A DNA stretch of 58,974 nucleotides from an uncultured Enterobacterales bacterium (GTDB lineage: Bacteria; Myxococcota_A; UBA796; CAJQPC01). Positions within the stretch are counted from its first letter, which is position 1; the number at the start of each line of letters is the position of its first letter. A program made the translations under genes and the position numbers. Positions 55,913 to 58,974 of the stretch are shown here, in pieces. The notes beneath the pieces are model-generated. The model searched no databases and had not been told where the DNA came from. It saw only the letters and a list, made by a program, of their open reading frames with translations. The stretch lies in contig CAZMNK010000013.1 in the NCBI GenBank assembly GCA_964567625.1, forward strand, positions 2,934 to 61,907, given 5' to 3'.

Positions 55913-58900
55913 CTACCGGGTCAGGGCGTTGCGGGCTTCAGCGAGGGCTGTGCTGAGCTCGGAGTTGGGGGTGACTTCCAGCTCGGCGACGATGGACTCT
56001 GCCTCGGCAAGGGCGGTCGAGGCGGCATCGGGGTCACCAGCGAGGTGTTCCACCCGCGCCTTCTTGCAGAGGAGCTTGCCCAGCTCCAGCTTGTGAACAC
56101 CACGAACCTGGGGTTCTCCCTTGTCGAGGAGAGCGCGGGCCTCCTTGAAGGCGCCCTGCTGGGCACGGAGGAGGGCGAGGGAGGCACGAGAGACGCCCGC
56201 GATCAGGGGCTTGGGCTCGTCGCAGATCGCAATGGCTTCTTGCAGGTGGGGCTCGGCGGCGGGGAGATCGCCCAGGCCGAACAGCATTTCGCCGAGGTCT
56301 CGGAGGGTGATGCCCTCATGGTTGCGATTACTCACCTCGCGATGAATCCCAAGGGCGCGGTGGTAGTGCTCCAGCGCCTCCGGGATGCGGCCCTGGTGGC
56401 GATGGAGGTTCGCGAGTTTCCCGAGGGTGATGCCCATGCCCGGGCGATTCCCCACCGCCTGGTGAATCGCCAGGGACTCGTGGTAGTGCTCCAGCGCCTG
56501 CGGGATGTGGCCTTGCCGGAAATGGACGTTCCCGATGTTTCCGAGGGTGAGGCCCTCGAAGCCGCGATTCCCCAACTCGCGAGCAATCGCCAGGGCCTGG
56601 TGGAATTGCTCCAATGCCTCCGCTGGGCGGCCCTGTTGCTCAAGGACGTTCGCGCTGTTTCCAAGGGCGTTGCCCTCGAGTCGGCGATCCCCTATTTCGC
56701 GAGCAATCGCCAGGGCCTGGAGTTGGTGCTCCTGCGCGTCCGACACGCGGCCCAGGTCCTGGTAGAGGAGCCCGAGGTTTCCCAGGGTGTTGCCCTGGTC
56801 TCGGCGACTCCCCACCTCGCGATGAATCGCCAGGGCCTGCTGGCGGCGCTCCAAGGACTCGGCCAGGCGGCCTTGCTTCCAGTGGAGGGTCGCGAGGTTT
56901 CCGAGGATCCCACGCTCAGTCAGGCGATTCCCCACCTTGCGAACAAGCGCGAGGGCCTGGTGGTAGTGCTCCAACGCCTCTGCAAGGCGCCCCGACACGT
57001 ACAACAGCCAGGCGGTCATGTGGACCAGGCCCACCCGGGTCGCAGGGCAGACCGGTTGGTCCGAGAACCGATCCAGCAGAGCGATGGCGTCGGAATACGG
57101 GCCGTGCAGCAACAACACCTCCGCTGCTGCCAGCGCACAGCTCGCCGCACCCTCCCACTCCCCAGCCGCCAGCCCCTCGTCGACCCCCGCCAGCAGGTTC
57201 TGCAGCTCAAGGGCCAGGGCCTTGCGTCGTTCCACGCCACCGTGGGTGCGAAGGGAGGCCAGGTGGGTCTCATTCCCCAGGGACGCGAAGTGCGACCCGT
57301 GACGAAGGGACGTCGCTGCAGTCTCCTCCCCCAGCTTCTCCGCCGCGTACTCCCGGATCGACTCCAGCATCCGGTAGCGAACGTGCCCTGGGTAGGGCTC
57401 CACTCGCCGCAGCAGGCTGTGGTCGATCAACGCCTCGACCAGGTCAGGCACCCATGGCTCATCCTCAAACCTCTCCAGGTTCACCACCGCCTCGGCCGAC
57501 TCCAGCGTGCAGCCGCCGTGGAACACCGAGAGTTGCGCCAGGGCGGACCGCTCGTGGGGCTTGAGCAGCTCCCATGACCAGTCGATGGCGCCTCGAAGGG
57601 TGGCCTGGCGGGCCGGCTGGTCACGACGCTGACCCCGCAACAGCTTGAAGCGTTGCGAGAGCCGGGAGAGGATCTTCCTGGGCGGGAGCATCCGAACCCG
57701 GGCAGCAGCAAGCTCCAACGCCAGCGACATGCAGTCCAGGCGTTCGACGATCTCGGTCACCACCGCCTCGTTGTCGCCCGTTCGCACAAATCCCGGCTGC
57801 ACTGCCCGCGCACGGTCGTAGAACAGGTTCACCGCCTCGGCCGTGGGAAGCGGGTCGAGAAGGAACACCTTCTCTCCCGAGATGTGCAGCGGCGCCCGGC
57901 TCGTCGCCAGGAACACCGCCTCGGGAGCCCGCTGCAGCCAGCTTCCGACCGTGTCCGGCGCCTGGTCCACCACCTGCTCGAAGTTGTCCAGGATGACCAG
58001 TACTCGTCCCCGATCCAGGATGACGTCGGCGAGCTGCTCTGCCGGGTCCTTGCCGGTCAGGGGTACCTCCAGGGCAGAAGCCATCGCACTCAGGATTCCA
58101 GACCTGCTCTGTGTCTCGGTCAGGTCGCAAAACCACACCCCACCGGCGAAGTCCCCAAGCTGGGTGCCGCCAAAGTGCTGCGAGAGTCGGGTCTTGCCCA
58201 TACCGCCCGCGCCCAGCACCGTGATGAGGCGCTGGCCACCCGCGATTCGCTGCGTCAACTCCGAGAGTTCCCGCTCCCGGCCGAAAAAGGAATCCAGCCG
58301 GGTGGGCAGGTTGGTCTTCTTCAGATTCGGGGTCTTCAGCCGGGGCAGGGTCCGGCCAGCCAGGGTGCCGGGCAACGCCTGCCGCAGGTGCTCCCGGCGG
58401 CGTTCGAGTCCCTTCAGTGCGTGCTCACCCAGGTCCTCGACAACGGTGCCTTCCGGTAGCCCATCACTGCCCGTGGCCTCCCAGGTCGCCTGGCTCACCA
58501 CCAACTGTCCGCCGTGGCCCACGTCGCACACCCGCGCCGCCCGGTTCACCATGGGACCGAAGTAGTCCATGCGGCCGGTCACCGGGTCGAGCTGGCAGTC
58601 CGGGTTGCCGGTGTGCACCCCCATGCGGACACGAAGGCCGCGGAAGCGACCGTCTTCGGTGGTGCCTGAGAGGCCCACCACGGCCACGTCGTTCAATGCA
58701 TCGGGCCACTCGGCTTCCTGGAGTCGCTCCTGCATCGCCAGGCACATCGCCACCGCGGACCCGGCGTCCTGGAAGGCGATCATGAAGGCATCGCCAATGG
58801 TCTGCACCTCGTAGCCCCCGAACTCGTCGATGGCGGCCCGGAAGAGCGCGTTGTGCAGGTCCAGCAGAGGCTTGAACTCGTCCCCGAAGTGTTCCCAGAG

Positions 58901-58963
58901 GACGGTGGAGCCCTGGATGTCCGTGAAGACCAACGTGACGGTGCCGGTGGGGGCCTGGACCAT
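55913..58963 (-). CDS. Class III nucleotide cyclase - STAND/NB-ARC ATPase - TPR protein
   Basis: FTDIQGST, TIGDAFM, RMGVHTG, DYFGPMVNRAAR; GAGGMGKT, LVILDNFE, LALELAA; about 40-aa TPR repeats. Confidence 0.92.
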   Translation of the reverse strand: MVQAPTGTVTLVFTDIQGSTVLWEHFGDEFKPLLDLHNALFRAAIDEFGGYEVQTIGDAFMIAFQDAGSAVAMCLAMQERLQEAEWPDALNDVAVVGLSGTTEDGRFRGLRVRMGVHTGNPDCQLDPVTGRMDYFGPMVNRAARVCDVGHGGQLVVSQATWEATGSDGLPEGTVVEDLGEHALKGLERRREHLRQALPGTLAGRTLPRLKTPNLKKTNLPTRLDSFFGRERELSELTQRIAGGQRLITVLGAGGMGKTRLSQHFGGTQLGDFAGGVWFCDLTETQSRSGILSAMASALEVPLTGKDPAEQLADVILDRGRVLVILDNFEQVVDQAPDTVGSWLQRAPEAVFLATSRAPLHISGEKVFLLDPLPTAEAVNLFYDRARAVQPGFVRTGDNEAVVTEIVERLDCMSLALELAAARVRMLPPRKILSRLSQRFKLLRGQRRDQPARQATLRGAIDWSWELLKPHERSALAQLSVFHGGCTLESAEAVVNLERFEDEPWVPDLVEALIDHSLLRRVEPYPGHVRYRMLESIREYAAEKLGEETAATSLRHGSHFASLGNETHLASLRTHGGVERRKALALELQNLLAGVDEGLAAGEWEGAASCALAAAEVLLLHGPYSDAIALLDRFSDQPVCPATRVGLVHMTAWLLYVSGRLAEALEHYHQALALVRKVGNRLTERGILGNLATLHWKQGRLAESLERRQQALAIHREVGSRRDQGNTLGNLGLLYQDLGRVSDAQEHQLQALAIAREIGDRRLEGNALGNSANVLEQQGRPAEALEQFHQALAIARELGNRGFEGLTLGNIGNVHFRQGHIPQALEHYHESLAIHQAVGNRPGMGITLGKLANLHRHQGRIPEALEHYHRALGIHREVSNRNHEGITLRDLGEMLFGLGDLPAAEPHLQEAIAICDEPKPLIAGVSRASLALLRAQQGAFKEARALLDKGEPQVRGVHKLELGKLLCKKARVEHLAGDPDAASTALAEAESIVAELEVTPNSELSTALAEARNALTR
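56300..56990 (-). repeat. 120-bp period coding repeats (TPR units); boundaries approximate
   Basis: AATCGCCAGGG..TGGTAGTGCTCCA-like blocks recur near 56341, 56461, 56581, 56701, 56821 and 56941. Confidence 0.85.
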
Positions 58964-58974
58964 GGGGGAAGACT

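Noticed and set aside
56300-56990. CRISPR-like periodic repeats
   Set aside because: The 120-bp period is in frame and degenerate, and encodes TPR units; there are no unique spacers or cas genes.

Overview
A gene-dense, very GC-rich bacterial window with about 50 protein genes. It is probably Myxococcota-like: one protein has a MYXO-CTERM-type tail and there are many lipoproteins. I saw no rRNA, tRNA, CRISPR array or IS element. It holds housekeeping genes (serS 5' part, lipB, tmk, ilvE, rnd, DegP, M16 peptidase pair, glucan phosphorylase, three-subunit xanthine-dehydrogenase-family enzyme), signalling genes and secreted lipoproteins. Five things stand out. (1) A BCP-type peroxiredoxin missed by the ORF track (9508-10038) has an in-frame TGA at the peroxidatic Cys position followed by a SECIS-like hairpin, so it is very likely a selenoprotein. 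(2) Divergent from it is a lipA-E1beta-E2-E1alpha-E3 operon in which both E1 subunits lack catalytic motifs while E2, E3 and LipA look intact; together with the selenoperoxiredoxin this may be a lipoate-dependent redox system. (3) A translationally coupled operon of UbiA-like, RPH/PPDK-like kinase, BtaA-like (DUF3419) and MMPL genes looks like an uncharacterised lipid biosynthesis and export pathway. (4) An AT-rich palindrome/operator array precedes a degenerate sigma54-type regulator. (5) A deletion scar joins the 3' ends of two formerly divergent genes, one a paralogue of the nearby cyclase-STAND-TPR gene. All family calls come from motif recognition by eye; no searches were run.
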